Below are positions 33,300 to 45,784 of a stretch of DNA of 64,000 nucleotides, in pieces; position 1 is the stretch's first letter, and the number at the start of each line of letters is the position of its first letter. The notes below the pieces were generated by a model, which was not told the DNA's origin, searched no databases, and saw only the letters and a list, made by a program, of their open reading frames with translations. This DNA is from Callorhinchus milii (Eukaryota). The stretch covers positions 8,370,001 to 8,434,000 of the forward strand of contig NW_024704751.1 in the NCBI RefSeq assembly GCF_018977255.1, written 5' to 3'. Made by a program: the position numbers and the translations under genes.

Positions 33300-36200
33300 A
33301 TGCATCGTATCCTGAGATTTATCCGCACCTACTGGAACTATCTGGTTTTCTTCCTGACTCCCGTTGTGTTTTTGCCTTTACCCCTGCTGACACCAGGCAA
33401 GGTGAGCTCTTTACTTACTCACTTACCTTACTTATACTATACTTATATACCCGCCCTCCCCCACCCAAAACCACACGCAGACTCACACAGACACATCAGC
33501 GTCAAGAAGCATTTTAGAATTAAAAAGGAGAACCCAGAAGGAGGTTGCACTACTTCAGGAGAAATGCGGTAAATCGGTGGTAGAGAAGGAGTGGGTGGCG
33601 GAGCTATTTAATGAGTATTTTGCTCATGTCACCTAGGAGATGCATACTCTCACAATAGAGTTTAAAGGTGGATTGAGAAACAGCTATTTGGGATAAGAAT
33701 CCAAAAAGGAAACAATACTAGAAATGTTAGAAGAACTAAAAATTGAGAAATCACAGGGCTTTGATGGGTTTCGCCCACAAATATACAGTCAGTTCACTTT
33801 ATAGTATATTCTGTGAAGCACTTTGAGAGGTATAGACGTGAAAATGCTATGGATTGTCGTGCTAGGATCTCCCAATGGCATTTACAAAGATTTGATAACA
33901 ACAGCAACACCTTACACTTATATAGTGCCCTCCATGCAGGGTAGCGTCTCAGAGTCCTTAACAATGGCGGAGCCTGACTGCGAGATGGGGGAGGGGGGAG
34001 ATGGCCGTAAGCACGGTTGAAGAGAAAAATTTTCAGGCAGAACTTGAAAGAGGGAAGAGATGGGACAAGGCGGAGGGATTGAGGGAGAGTGTTCCAAAGT
34101 TTTGGGGTGTAGTGGCTGAAAGCGCGACCTCCAATGGTGGGGCGGAGGGTGCGAGGGACGAGCAGGAGCTCAGTGCCAGTCGAGCGGAGGTGCCGGGTGC
34201 TGGATTGGGGAGTGAGGAGGTCGGAGAGGTAGAGAGGTGCCAGGGAGTGAAGGGATTTGAACACGAGAGTGAGGATCTTGAAGTCGATCCATTTGGTGAT
34301 GGGGAGCCAGTGGAGCCTGGGCCAGAACCTGGCCGGATAAGGTATCACATGGAAGACTGGTGGAGAAACTCAGGGCACCTGGAACAGGGGAAACAATGGG
34401 GGTTTGGATAGAAAGATGATTGTAGGATGGGAAGCAGAGAGAGGGCTGAAACGTTTTTCTGGTTGGAGGAAGATGGTTAGTGCTAGGGCCGCTCCTATTT
34501 TCCATTGATATCAATGAGCTTGACTTGGATATAGAGAGTATGGTATCAAAGTATGTGGATGATACCAAACTAGCAGGTATAGTGAATAGTGAGGAAGATG
34601 GCAAAGACTGCAAGAGGATTTAAACAGATTAGCGCAATGGGCTGATCAGTGGCAAATGAAGTTTAATGCAGGGAAATGTGAGGTTTTGATAGAAAAAATG
34701 AGAGGATTACAGATATATATTGAATGGCAGTATCCTGGAAGGAACTGAGGAGCAAAGGGATTTGGGGGTCGTTGACCTGAAACCTTAACCTACTTTCCTC
34801 TCTGCATAGATGTTGCCTGACCTGCTGAGTGTTCCCAGTGATCCAATAACAGGAAGGTTGGTCTAATTCACTTTATCTTCTCTCTTACAGATAGCAGCAT
34901 GTGGATACATCATTCTCCTCATGGCTGTGTACTGGAGCACAGAATCCATTCCTCTGGGCATCACATCGCTCATTCCCTTAGTCCTCATCCCAATGTTTGA
35001 AATCATGACAGCTAAAGAAGTAAGCAAGGTGTCGACCATCACGTTCAAATACCCCATCAACGCACACAAAACAAGCAGTGACAATAAACAGTAAATCACA
35101 AATAATGCTAATGGCAGCTTGTGCATGTGTCAGACACCAGGTTGACCCCCACAAAATCATGATGGCAGAACCTTATAGCGCTATTTTACGCATGTTCACA
35201 TGGGGATAGGGGAGAGAATACCAGTAAATGGTAGACATCTTACATTATAACATTTAGAATCATCTGTCAATTCAGATGAACATTCTTTACCCTGTGTAAC
35301 ACAGCAAGTGCAGAGCTGACCAGCCTCAGTAACACCATCACACCAATGATGTACTGCTTTGTGTTCCAGGTGGCCCAGCAGTACATGAAGGACGCAAATG
35401 TGCTCTTTATTGGAGGGTTAATGGTGGCTCTAGCCATTGAAGAATGGAACCTCCACAAACGTATTGCACTTAGGGTGGTCTTGTTGGTTGGAGTCAAACC
35501 CGCTTGGTAACACTTCCATTCAAAAAAAAGTTATTGTGTATGAAAGGATCTCGATATAAAGCACCCAAAAAAAAATTAACTATATATTCTAGATACTGGC
35601 AGATAGAATGATATAAGGGCCCAACTGAGATTGTGTCACTCAAGCAATGGATAATGATCTTGAATATCATTGGACACACTCTCCAACCCTAGGGAGGAGG
35701 AAAGCTTTCTATTCCAGAAAGTGGTCGGGATGTCAAGCGCAACACTACGATGGTAGCAGAGGGAAGTGATTGGGTCACTGCCCATCATAGTCGATTGGCG
35801 GATCACTAACTGGGGATAATAATCTTTTAATAATAATAATAAAAAAAATAATTTAGTCATTGAATCCACAATTGTTTGTGGGACCCTGCTGTGTGTAATT
35901 GACTGTCATATTTCGCCGACAAAATACAGTTTCACTTGACAGTATGTTCTGTGACCCACCTTGGGATGTCTCAATGACGTGATAAGGCGTGATATCAAAT
36001 GCAAATATTATTATTATTATTATTATTATGAGCAAAGTGCTAAAGTTCTTGTTGCTCGCAGGTTAACACTGGGACTGATGGGGGTGACAGCATTCCTCTC
36101 CATGTGGATCAGCAACACGGCCACCACTGCCATGATGGTCCCCATCGCACACGCCACGGTTGAACAGCTCAGTATGATCGAGGACAAAGTGGGCAAGGAA

Positions 36201-39200
36201 ACCCGGGAGGAAATAATATTAACAGAGTCATTCAATGAGATAAGAATTGAGAATCACCCCACAGATAATGATGTGAAGCTAACAGGTAACAGTCCTATAA
36301 AAGAGAGTGAGACTATAAGATGTATTGTTCTCTTCTACACTTTCTACGCTTTTATGTTTATTGCTCTACAAACAGCCCCCGAAGAAACACTGAGGAGCTT
36401 AGAGAGGGTTACCAGTTAGTTGATTAGCCTTACACAAGGTAAGTACTTGCCATTCCCATTCATAGTGTGGTCACGATTAGAAACTGGCTGCACAAACCAC
36501 AGGGCTCGGCGTTTTGTCCTATGCACAGCTGCGTGTCCCGGTGGCCTCGGTGGTTTGGTTTGGTTACTTTCTGTCACCGTTAAAATTGAAATGGAAATAT
36601 TTCAACAGATCCCCGAAAGGCAGCCGGACAGAAAAGGAATCTCTTCAAGCTGGTCAGTTTGTGCATCTGTTACTCCGCCAGCATCGGTGGCACAGCGACC
36701 CTGACCGGCACAGGACCCAACCTGGTGATGCAGGGACAGTTTAGCCAGTTAGTGTTGCCGTTTCTATTGCTCACACAAACAACTGCTCTCAGTGGCTCGA
36801 TCGACATGAACTTCCTAGCTTCCTAGGCTGCAGCGGTCAATGAAATGCGAATAACTGCCCAAACTGTCCGCTAACATTCTCTGCCCTGTGAGGATATTAG
36901 CTGAGGTTCTCACCCACCTCACCTGTGCTCTCCCATCACAAACATTGCTCTTGTTCTAGCTTGCGCTGTTTGTTGCTGCTCCACTGGAAAGTCCACCCTT
37001 CATTGTAAGCAGGCCCTGAGTCCCATTACTGTGTGACACACACAGCCATTCTGTCTTATAAGCCCTGTTAGATACCGGTGTAGATAAAGCCAGTATCAGC
37101 TTAAGAGCTGATGGATTAAACACTCCTTAACACCTTCGCGTAAACACAGCCATTTGTAGTGGAGATTCTTTGCATTGAATACATCTTACTGTTAAGATGC
37201 AAGGACTCTGAGACTCTACCCTGTGTGGAGGGCACTGTATAAGTGCAAGTTGTTCTATTAATAGGGTAAACCCGGTAAATAGTTTACTCTTCTATTTTCC
37301 ATTCTTGTCTTTGTTCTCTTTATGCCATTTGTTGTAATTCAATTGATAATTTCTGCCACTTTCCCATCCATTCGAATGCTTTTCCCCACTGTTTTCTCAC
37401 TGTTCCCCGGGCCTTGGCTCTTACCAACAACCTGCACCTCGTACTTTCCAGCATTAGCTAAACAGAGTAAACACATTGCCCTGTGTCTGCGATAGAATGC
37501 CCACTCTTTCTCAAATGCAGGGCAATGTCCATGTGTATGTGTAACTCTCCATAGTCTAGTTTGGAGACTCTTTAAGTTGGTGATGTGTTTCTGCACATTA
37601 TCAGACAACTGGCTGACCTGACCAAAACACAACAAAGAGCCAACATTTTCATTGAATTCCATTTGCTACAGTCAGATCTCTTGCTCTCTTCCTTCCAGTG
37701 CTCAGCACCTTTGCTCCCTTGAATGTTTCGTTGTAAATTGATACTCTAGTATAATTCTTGTCTGTTTCAAAGGTTATTCCCCAGAACGGAGGAGTAGTTA
37801 ACTTTAGTTTGTGGTTTGCATACGCTTTCCCCAACATGCTGGTGATGCTGTTTCTCTGCTGGATCTGGCTGCAGATTTTATTTCTGGGAATTAAGTAAGT
37901 ATCTCACTTTAAATGGAACAAAGCTTTGTTTGTCTTCAAGTACCGAAGTGCAGATATTATAACTATCAAAGAAACCTCAGACATGTTTCCTCACTCCAGA
38001 AGCCTCTGTTTACCTAGCAGTAAATAGGAACTTGGTTGTTAGTTGATTGGCGGATCACTTTCCGAGGGTGATAATCCCTTCCAAAATAAATAAATCATTT
38101 GGTCACTCAATTGCACGACTGTTTGTGGGACACTGCTGTGCGCATTAACATCTAGGGTTCTGGCAGGTAGGAGAGGGTCTCTCTTTCTATCTACAGAGTG
38201 CAGTTACATGAATGAAGTCGTTGAAGTGTATTATGAAATGGGCCTTTTACCAACAGTTTTAAAACATTGTGGGGCTGTGGATCAGTGAAAACGTGGCAGG
38301 AGATAGCAGCCTACCAGGTCATCAGAGAGGAGTACAAGAAGTTGGGCAAGATGTCCTTTGCTGAAATCCTTGTTCTCATCCTCTTCATCATCCTGGTGCT
38401 ACTGTGGTTCACTCGGGATCCTGGATTCATGCCTGGATGGTCTGTATTGTTCTCTACCGCAAACAAGAAGTAAGTTCAAGGACATCTGTGCCTCTCATTT
38501 AAGCCCCCCTTCCTTTGACATCCTTGTTATAACTTGTTGACTATAGCACTGACTAAAGTCAGACTCTGGAATAGCCCAAAACAACTAAAAATGGAAGAAA
38601 TCAGCAAGACTTCCTACTCAAATTGACTGGCAAAAAAACATCCTCCCCATCAACAATGGACAAGCGCAACATAACACAGAGTCTGAGAGAATGAGACGGG
38701 AACGTACAGCAAAAGACCCAAGACAGGGAATTGAAACAATTAGTTTAAGGAGGGAGTGAGACCAGCGAGACTCGGGTTAACTTCCAATGAGATAAAAATG
38801 ACTTGTTAATCTGCACCACTTCCTCACAGTGGGTGACCTGCTTTGTTTCAGATATATCTCTGACGGAACAACTGTTATATTCATTGCGATCCTCATGTTT
38901 GTCCTGCCATCGAAGAGACCTCGATGGGGAAACTTGGACCAATCCAGCTCTATGAATAACACACAAGGTATGCATTGAGGGTGCGATCTTCCTCCCAGTC
39001 TTTTACACACACGGTACATGTCGCCAGTCAGCGTTGTCGGCCTTGAAAACACCCCGTTACCAATCAGTGTGTTTTTGCCGTTGATTTCAGTTGCAACGAG
39101 TTTCGATGAATCCTTGCTTTCAATTTTGATTTCTTCTTCTCTGTGAATTTTATTTCATTATTATTTTGCCTAAATAATCAATTCTGATTATCAGGGGAAC

Positions 39201-42200
39201 GTGACTGTGAGGAGGTAACCAAGTCTAACAGTGAGCGGACACTGAATAACCCCAGCAAAAGAACAATTACTACAACAGTGCTTCAGCACCGAGTGTTGGT
39301 TTAGCTTCCTGGCCAATTCTTGGTAGTTGGGCCTTCAGCGTTTCAACCCCACCCTCTGGAACTCCAACCCATAGCCCCTCTGCCTTGCCCCCTCCTTTGC
39401 CTCCTTCAAGGCCCATCTCAATGACCGTGGCTTTGGGCATCCCCCCCCTATTCCCCCTTAGCCCCCACCCATTCCTCTTAATTCGAACCCCCAGCCCGAG
39501 TGTAAAACCCTTTGCTGTCCAGCACCTTGACACGTCACCCTGACATCAAAGGCGCTATATAAATGCAAAATGTTGTTGTTGTTATTGTATATCCAAAAAT
39601 AAATCTCTCGCGCCCGCTCTCTCTCTCTCTCACGAGGCAGCAAACTGCAAAGGACTCCGATGCTTCTTTTTCATTTCTTTCACAAGTTATTAAATTCCCA
39701 TTGATTACTGACTGTGTTTCTTTGTTAAATGCTGACCAGTTGGGCAACAGAAGCCTCGGTCCTCGACACTCTTGACGTGGGATATAGTGCAACACAAGCT
39801 GCCGTGGAATGTGGTGCTGTTATTGGGAGGAGGTTTCGCCTTGGCAAAGAGCTGTGAGGTAATTCTAAATGATTATCCCTCCACCTCCAGAAATGGCTGC
39901 ATGACACTTGCTGAGTGATACACTGTGTGAAGCAACCCAAATAGACCTGTCCAAGATAGAACCCTCTACAACAGGGTCTGAACAGGGAACTGGTTCAAAT
40001 GGAAGCATTTCAGATCAGCTCATTTGGAATTGGAAAACATTAGTCAATCATCAACAACAACAACAAAATTACATGCGTATAGGGCTTTCACGTCGGGAGG
40101 ACATCCCAAGGCCCTGGACAGCCAGAATTATGGACCCGAGCTGGAGGTCAGGGAGGGCAGGGGGTGGAAGCAGGGAGATCGAAAGCATGGTCGAACAGGA
40201 GGGTCTTGAGATGGGATTTGAAGGTGGCAAGGGAGGGGGGCGAGGTGGAGGGACTGCGGGATGGAGTTCCAGAGAATGGGGGCAGAGCGGCAGAAGGCCC
40301 GCTTGCGAATAGTGGGGAGAGGCCGTGATGGAGGCAAGCAATGTTGCAAAGGTGGGGAAAAGCTGAATAGGTCAAGGCACAGATATGTGGTTTAAAAGGA
40401 CAATTGAGAGTCCAACAAAACACTGAGGTTCCACGGTGGCTTAGTGGGCTAGAATGGGCATTCATGTATAGTGATGGTATCAATGCCAGAGGTGAAAAGG
40501 TGATGGAGTAGAGTAAGGAAACTTGCCTAAGGTTTCACCCCGTCCAGGAATCGAACCCGGGTCCTCTTACTTGTGAGGCAATCACACTAACCACTACGCA
40601 ATGGGATTACAATATACTACATCATAAGGCGTCCTATAATCACTTGGAGGCTGTCACCTCCTCAAAAATGTCTGTGAGATTAGTCAAAGTAGACCTACCT
40701 TTGGTGATCCCATGTTGGTTGTCATTTGTTAAGGTTATTTTTATTGGTAATCTTCCACTTCCTTTCACCTCAGGCGCTGACAGCATCACCATCCATGGTT
40801 GCACACGCCATCTTGCTAATAATAATAATAATAATCCTTGCATTTGATATAGCGCTTTTCACGTCGGGAGGACGTCCCAAAGCACTTCACAGAGCCAGTC
40901 TGGAACCTCGGGGTCTTGTTTGACCCTCAACTATCCTTTCTACCCCACATCTGTGCCATGACCCGCTCTGCCTTCCCCCACCTCTGCAAAGTTGCCCGAC
41001 TCCGACAGTGTCCCACACCGCAGGTCCCCAAAACCCTCATACACGCCTTCATTACATTGAGGCTCGACTATGCAAACTCATTGCTTGTCACCCTCCCCAA
41101 CTCCTTCCTCCACAGGCTGCAGATCATCCAGAAATCTGCAGCCCGTATCCTATTCCGTACTAGGCTCCGCGACCCTATCACTCCCATCCTTGTCCAACTC
41201 CACTGGCTTCCCATCACACAGAGGATACAGTTCAAGATCCTGGTCCTCACCTTCAAAGCCTTCCATGGTCTTACTCCCCACTACCTCTGCGACCTCCTAA
41301 CTCCCTACCATCCTGCTCACTCCCTCCGCTCAGCAGGCTCCACCTGCTTTACTTCCACCGCCTCGCTCGCCCCACTATTCGCAAGCGGACCTTCTGCCGC
41401 TCTGCCCCCACCCTCTGGAACTCCATCCCGCAGTCCCTCCACCTCGCCCCCCTCCCTTGCCACCTTCAAAATTCTGCAGCTTGTCCCCGCTCTATGAACA
41501 TAATGCCCCCATCCTCGCCTGACTACACTGGCTTCCCATCCCCCAACCCAAAGGATCAAATTCAAGATCCTTGTCCTCACATTTAAAGCTCTCCACGGTC
41601 TTGCCCCACCCTACCTTGTGTGGGGTGGGACAAGTTACATTTACGTATCCGTGCCTTGATCTTCTCAGGTTTTCCCCACCTTTGCAAAATTGCACGGCCT
41701 CTCCCCTTATCCCCCCCCCCCAGGCTCGAGTAACTCTTTGCTATTCAAATATGATTCAAAATTCTGCGGCTCATGTCTTCACAGCACCAGGCTCTAGAAA
41801 CTTAATGCCCCATCCACACCTGAATCCACTGGCTTCCCATCCCCCAACCCAAAGGATCAAGTTCGAGATCCTTGTCTTCACTTTTAAACCCCTCCATGGA
41901 CTTGCTCCACCTAACCTTGTGTGGGGTGGACAAATTATATTTAGATATAACTATAATTTGTTGTTGTTGATAACTCTCATTGCATGTAAAACACAGCGTA
42001 CACGGTTATGGTATGTTACTGGATTACCGTACTCTCACCAGTGGACAGCGAGTGTTAAGCTCACAGGACACTCTTGTAGCGCACAGTGTAGTGAAGAGCT
42101 TTTGGGTATAGTTTCTACAGCAAGAGATGCAATCCGTGTCTCAGTGCTGAAGGTCTGGATAAAACCTGCCCAAAATGATAAATCGATTCCCTTGAGAGAA

Positions 42201-44184
42201 GATTAAAATATTGTCCACTGGTGGGAGGTCTGTCATCCAGAAACAGGATCCAGATTTACCACAGAATAAGAAGCTGTGACTCTGTTTGCTGAGACATGAT
42301 TCCATTGTTTTTCAGGTGTCGGGTATGTCTGAATGGGTGGGTAATCAGCTGTTACCTCTCAAGAACATCCCACACTGGGCCATAGTGATTATTTTATGCT
42401 TGATGATGTCCATCATCACAGAGTGCACCAGCAACATTGCTACTGCCACCATCTTCCTCCCCATCATGGCTTCAATGGTAAAGCAGGAGTTCTTTAATGC
42501 CACTTTATGTTATCTTGTCCAGATGTCAGTTTGACTCAGTTGGTACCACTTCCACATGGAAATCCCAGAGATAGATTGTTGGAATGAAATGCAGCCAGGC
42601 TGGTATGCCTCATTTCTCTAGTTACATGGAATGATACAAGCACAGAACAGGTAATTCGACCAACTAGTCCACATAAATTATATTCCATTCAAGACCCTTT
42701 CCCTCCAAATTGATACAATATAGGGTCCCAAATTGGGCCAAATATGAAAGTTTATTATATTGACAAGTTGTCTAATTGGGACACAATGGCTCCTTTGGGA
42801 TTTAGTAACGAGAACTTCAACTGTTCCTTGGATATGTTGGTAGATTTAACTTCATTGCCAATGTCTTTTCTACTTGTCAATCTAGGCTGTATCCATTCAG
42901 ATCAACCCTTTGTATGTCATGATTCCTACCACCATAAGTGCTTCCTTTGCCTTCATGTTGCCTGTAGCAACGCCTCCCAATGCCATAGTTTTCTCCTATG
43001 GGCACCTCAAGGTCCTGGACATGGTGAGTACATCGAGGCAATGTGAGAAAAGGGTCATCCTTCCCCCAACTGAAGATGGAAATTTCAATTGGGTCAAGCT
43101 TCAATCTATTAACGCAGCATTTCAGTTTCCAGAATTGGTCGAATTCTTAAATAGTCTTCTTAATTTTGATATCATTTTTAAGAACTTACAGAAACTGACT
43201 TTAAAGTTAAAACTGAATTAAATAATTTGTCAAATTCTGTACACTCTGAAATGCTACAATCTGGACAGGTGGAATTTACCTATGGGAGTTTTAACATTCA
43301 AATTAGGAAATAGGGTGCTGCTCATTGTCATAAAAAAAACTGGGAGGGGAGGTGGGGTGGTGGGGGGAGAGTTGGGGGGTGGGGGCTATGAGATTCCCCA
43401 CAACCCATTTAGTTAATAATTAAATTAGCCACAAAAACAGCAATGGCATTGGTTACTTGGTCGACAAAGACTATATTCATCAGGTTAATCCACAAGTTGA
43501 ACAATGCCCCCAAAAAATAATGCTTGAGTTTGATATAGCGCTTTTCATGTCTTCTAGACTTATTATTGTTTTTTTTTCTTGAGGGATTATTATCAGGCAG
43601 GTAGAGTAAGGAAACTTGCTCATGGCTTTTGCCCTGTCGGGAATCGAACCCAGGTCCCTCGCCTGTCAGGGGAGTGCTCTAACCACTGAGCTACAGGATT
43701 CCTAAAGAGCCAAGAGCAATAATAACAATAATAATAATCTATGGGTTTGATATAGCGCCTTATCACGTCATTGAGATGTCTCAAAGCGCTTCACAGAATA
43801 TACTATAAAGTATATAAATTGTATATGTAAAATATATAAAGTATTATTATATACACAGAATATATTGGTAAAGTATATATTAAAGTACATAAAGGAGTCA
43901 GTGTACGGGTTTCACTAATGCTGTGCTTGTGGCAAGCCTTCCTTCAGATGTAGACGCCCTCTGTACCCTGGTCTGTCTGTCTATCTACTAAACTATGATT
44001 TAGCCTCATTGAAGTACCTTTTAGGTCGAATCTAACACTGATCTTTGTGTTCTGACAGGTTAAGACAGGAATGATCTTGAACCTGGTGGGAGTGATTTGT
44101 GTGACTCTGTCCATCAACACCTGGGGTCACATCCTGTTCCATCTGGACACGTTTCCCGCCTGGGCAAACGTGACCAGTCTATGA
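33300..44184 (+). CDS. SLC13A5: SLC13A5 (NaCT/INDY)-like Na+/citrate cotransporter, copy A; one apparent -1 frameshift in exon 6 (pseudogene or assembly error)
   Basis: Exons 33300-33401, 34891-35019, 35370-35506, 36062-36285, 36609-36747, 37773-37894 (122 nt; paralogs have 123), 38257-38469, 38852-38967, 39740-39858, 42316-42477, 42886-43023, 44059-44184. NaCT-type motifs [60 protein letters not shown]. Gene structure is solid; orthology needs a tree. Confidence 0.78.
33570..34770. mobile_element. Nested cluster: CR1 ORF2 fragments (+) interrupted by a SINE tail and an antisense L2 3' end
   Basis: CR1 RT motif [17 protein letters not shown] at ~34480-34690; L2 ORF 33794-34348(-) [31 protein letters not shown]; SINE tail ~33770-33850. 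Confidence 0.85.
35790..36030 (+). mobile_element. SINE ending ~30 nt before the exon 4 acceptor, shared by copies A, B and C
   Basis: The same (tta)n-tail/aaagttcttgttgctcgcag junction occurs at ~36030, ~47497 and ~56978. Confidence 0.8.
40050..40430 (-). mobile_element. Internally deleted L2 3' end
   Basis: Reverse complement matches 40925-41000 and 41370-41470 and ends in a (ttg)n tail. Confidence 0.8.
40895..41470 (+). mobile_element. L2 LINE ORF2 C-terminal fragment
   Basis: ORF 40916-41497 [49 protein letters not shown]. Confidence 0.92.
43515..43810 (-). mobile_element. SINE copies (deleted full-length copy plus a second tail)
   Basis: Head taaccactgagctacagga at ~43680-43700; tails at ~43520 and ~43725. 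Confidence 0.75.
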
Positions 44185-44613
44185 TGCAGCTCGCTGCTTC
44201 AGGGTGACAAGTCGTGCTATGTATCAAACTCAGAGCTGATTTCTATACGAGAGACACTGAAGACATTCAGCCAATATTGAGCACATAGAATGTGCAGAAG
44301 GCAGACCCACCCTCATCGAACATCAGTCGTAGTTGTGAATCTAGCCTTGACCAACCTTTATGGTCGGCCAACACAACACATTTTCAAGGAAAAACTGAAA
44401 ACACGCTACCAATCAATCATGGACTTGCCTTGCCTCGTGCGAATGTTCAAGGAGAGGGATTGTGTGTGGGCTCCTTGACAGTGGGCTTCAGGTGCATTCT
44501 CGTAGATCTTATTTTCCTTCAGGTAATTGGGGAAGAGGGTTTGACATATTCTCACTAATGTTACCAGCATTAAACGGATATCTGTCTAAACTGCTAGGAT
44601 TTAAATGAAGTTT

Positions 44614-44619
44614 AATAAA
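44614..44619 (+). terminator. Candidate polyadenylation signal of copy A
   Basis: AATAAA ~430 nt after the stop. Confidence 0.55.
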
Positions 44620-45784
44620 CTTTTAATGAAAAGGTCTGATTATTTATGGTCTCAATAGTTCTCTCCCTTGGCACGGACTACAGACGATCCAGAACCCCGC
44701 TGCTCTGTCCTCTCCCACACCAGGCTCCTCGAGTCCACCGATCCCAGACTCACTCAGCTCAACTGGCTCCCCATCTACTAGCAGAACACATTCAAGATCC
44801 TTGTTCTCTCATTCAAATGCCCCCACAATCGCCCCTCCCACCCCATGTTTGCGAACTCCTTCAACTATGCTTAACACAGACACAGTTTAAACAGCAGAAA
44901 CTTCATCTCTCCTCTTGTGAAGCATTCCTGCCAGTGAATGTCCACCCAAACTGTAAAAAAACACAGTGCTAGATATTAATAATAATAATATTCTTGCATT
45001 TCATATAGTGCCTGATCACATCTCTGAGATGCCTCAAAGTGATTCACAGAATATACCATATAGTGAATCAACTGTATATTTTGTAGGTGAAACACAATTG
45101 CACACAGTGATGTCCCACAGACAGTTGTGGATTGAGTGACCAAATTATTATTATTATCATCTTTTTTTAAGGGATTTTTATACACTGAGACTGAGGTGGT
45201 TTAATGGATAGTGAAGATCAGACTGTAGAATGCATGTGGTTTGTGTTCTCTTCCTCTCTTCCTCAAAATCTCAAAATCAGCCTGATTTGGGGGCACTTTT
45301 AGCTCTAGTTTTGACAGCAATATGTTGATGTAAGAGGCTTTTTAAGTTAAATTATCATTCCCTTTAATTTTCTCCTAAATTGAGGGGTGGGGGTCTGAGC
45401 TGTGGTTCAGCATGACACTGCCCAGCTATTTATATGCTCTGTTTGTCTCTCTGTGCGCTCAGCTCATGCGCTTTTGACGCATCAAGTCCCAGCTCATGGT
45501 ATCAATGTGATGTCGGTCACAGCTGAGGTTGGGACAGACTGAGCTGGAGTTGGGAGGGGAATGATCAGCAAGAAGACAATCAGCAAAACAGATCCCCCTG
45601 GACAGTCCCCCTGATCTCCAGACCCAGGTTGTGAACACAGGACAGGAGAGTCGGGGCAAAAGCCCCCAATCCATCTCTGGGACACACTGGGCTGATAGGG
45701 ACACCCGCACACACCAGGTTCTCCATCTCTTCACTGCTGAGACTCACGCTGTGTGTGTGTGAGTGTGTGAGTGAGTGAGTGGGA

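Noticed and set aside
40916-41497. 193-aa and 184-aa (33794-34348) ORFs as host genes or active LINEs
   Set aside because: 5'-truncated L2 ORF2 C-termini without RT core or endonuclease
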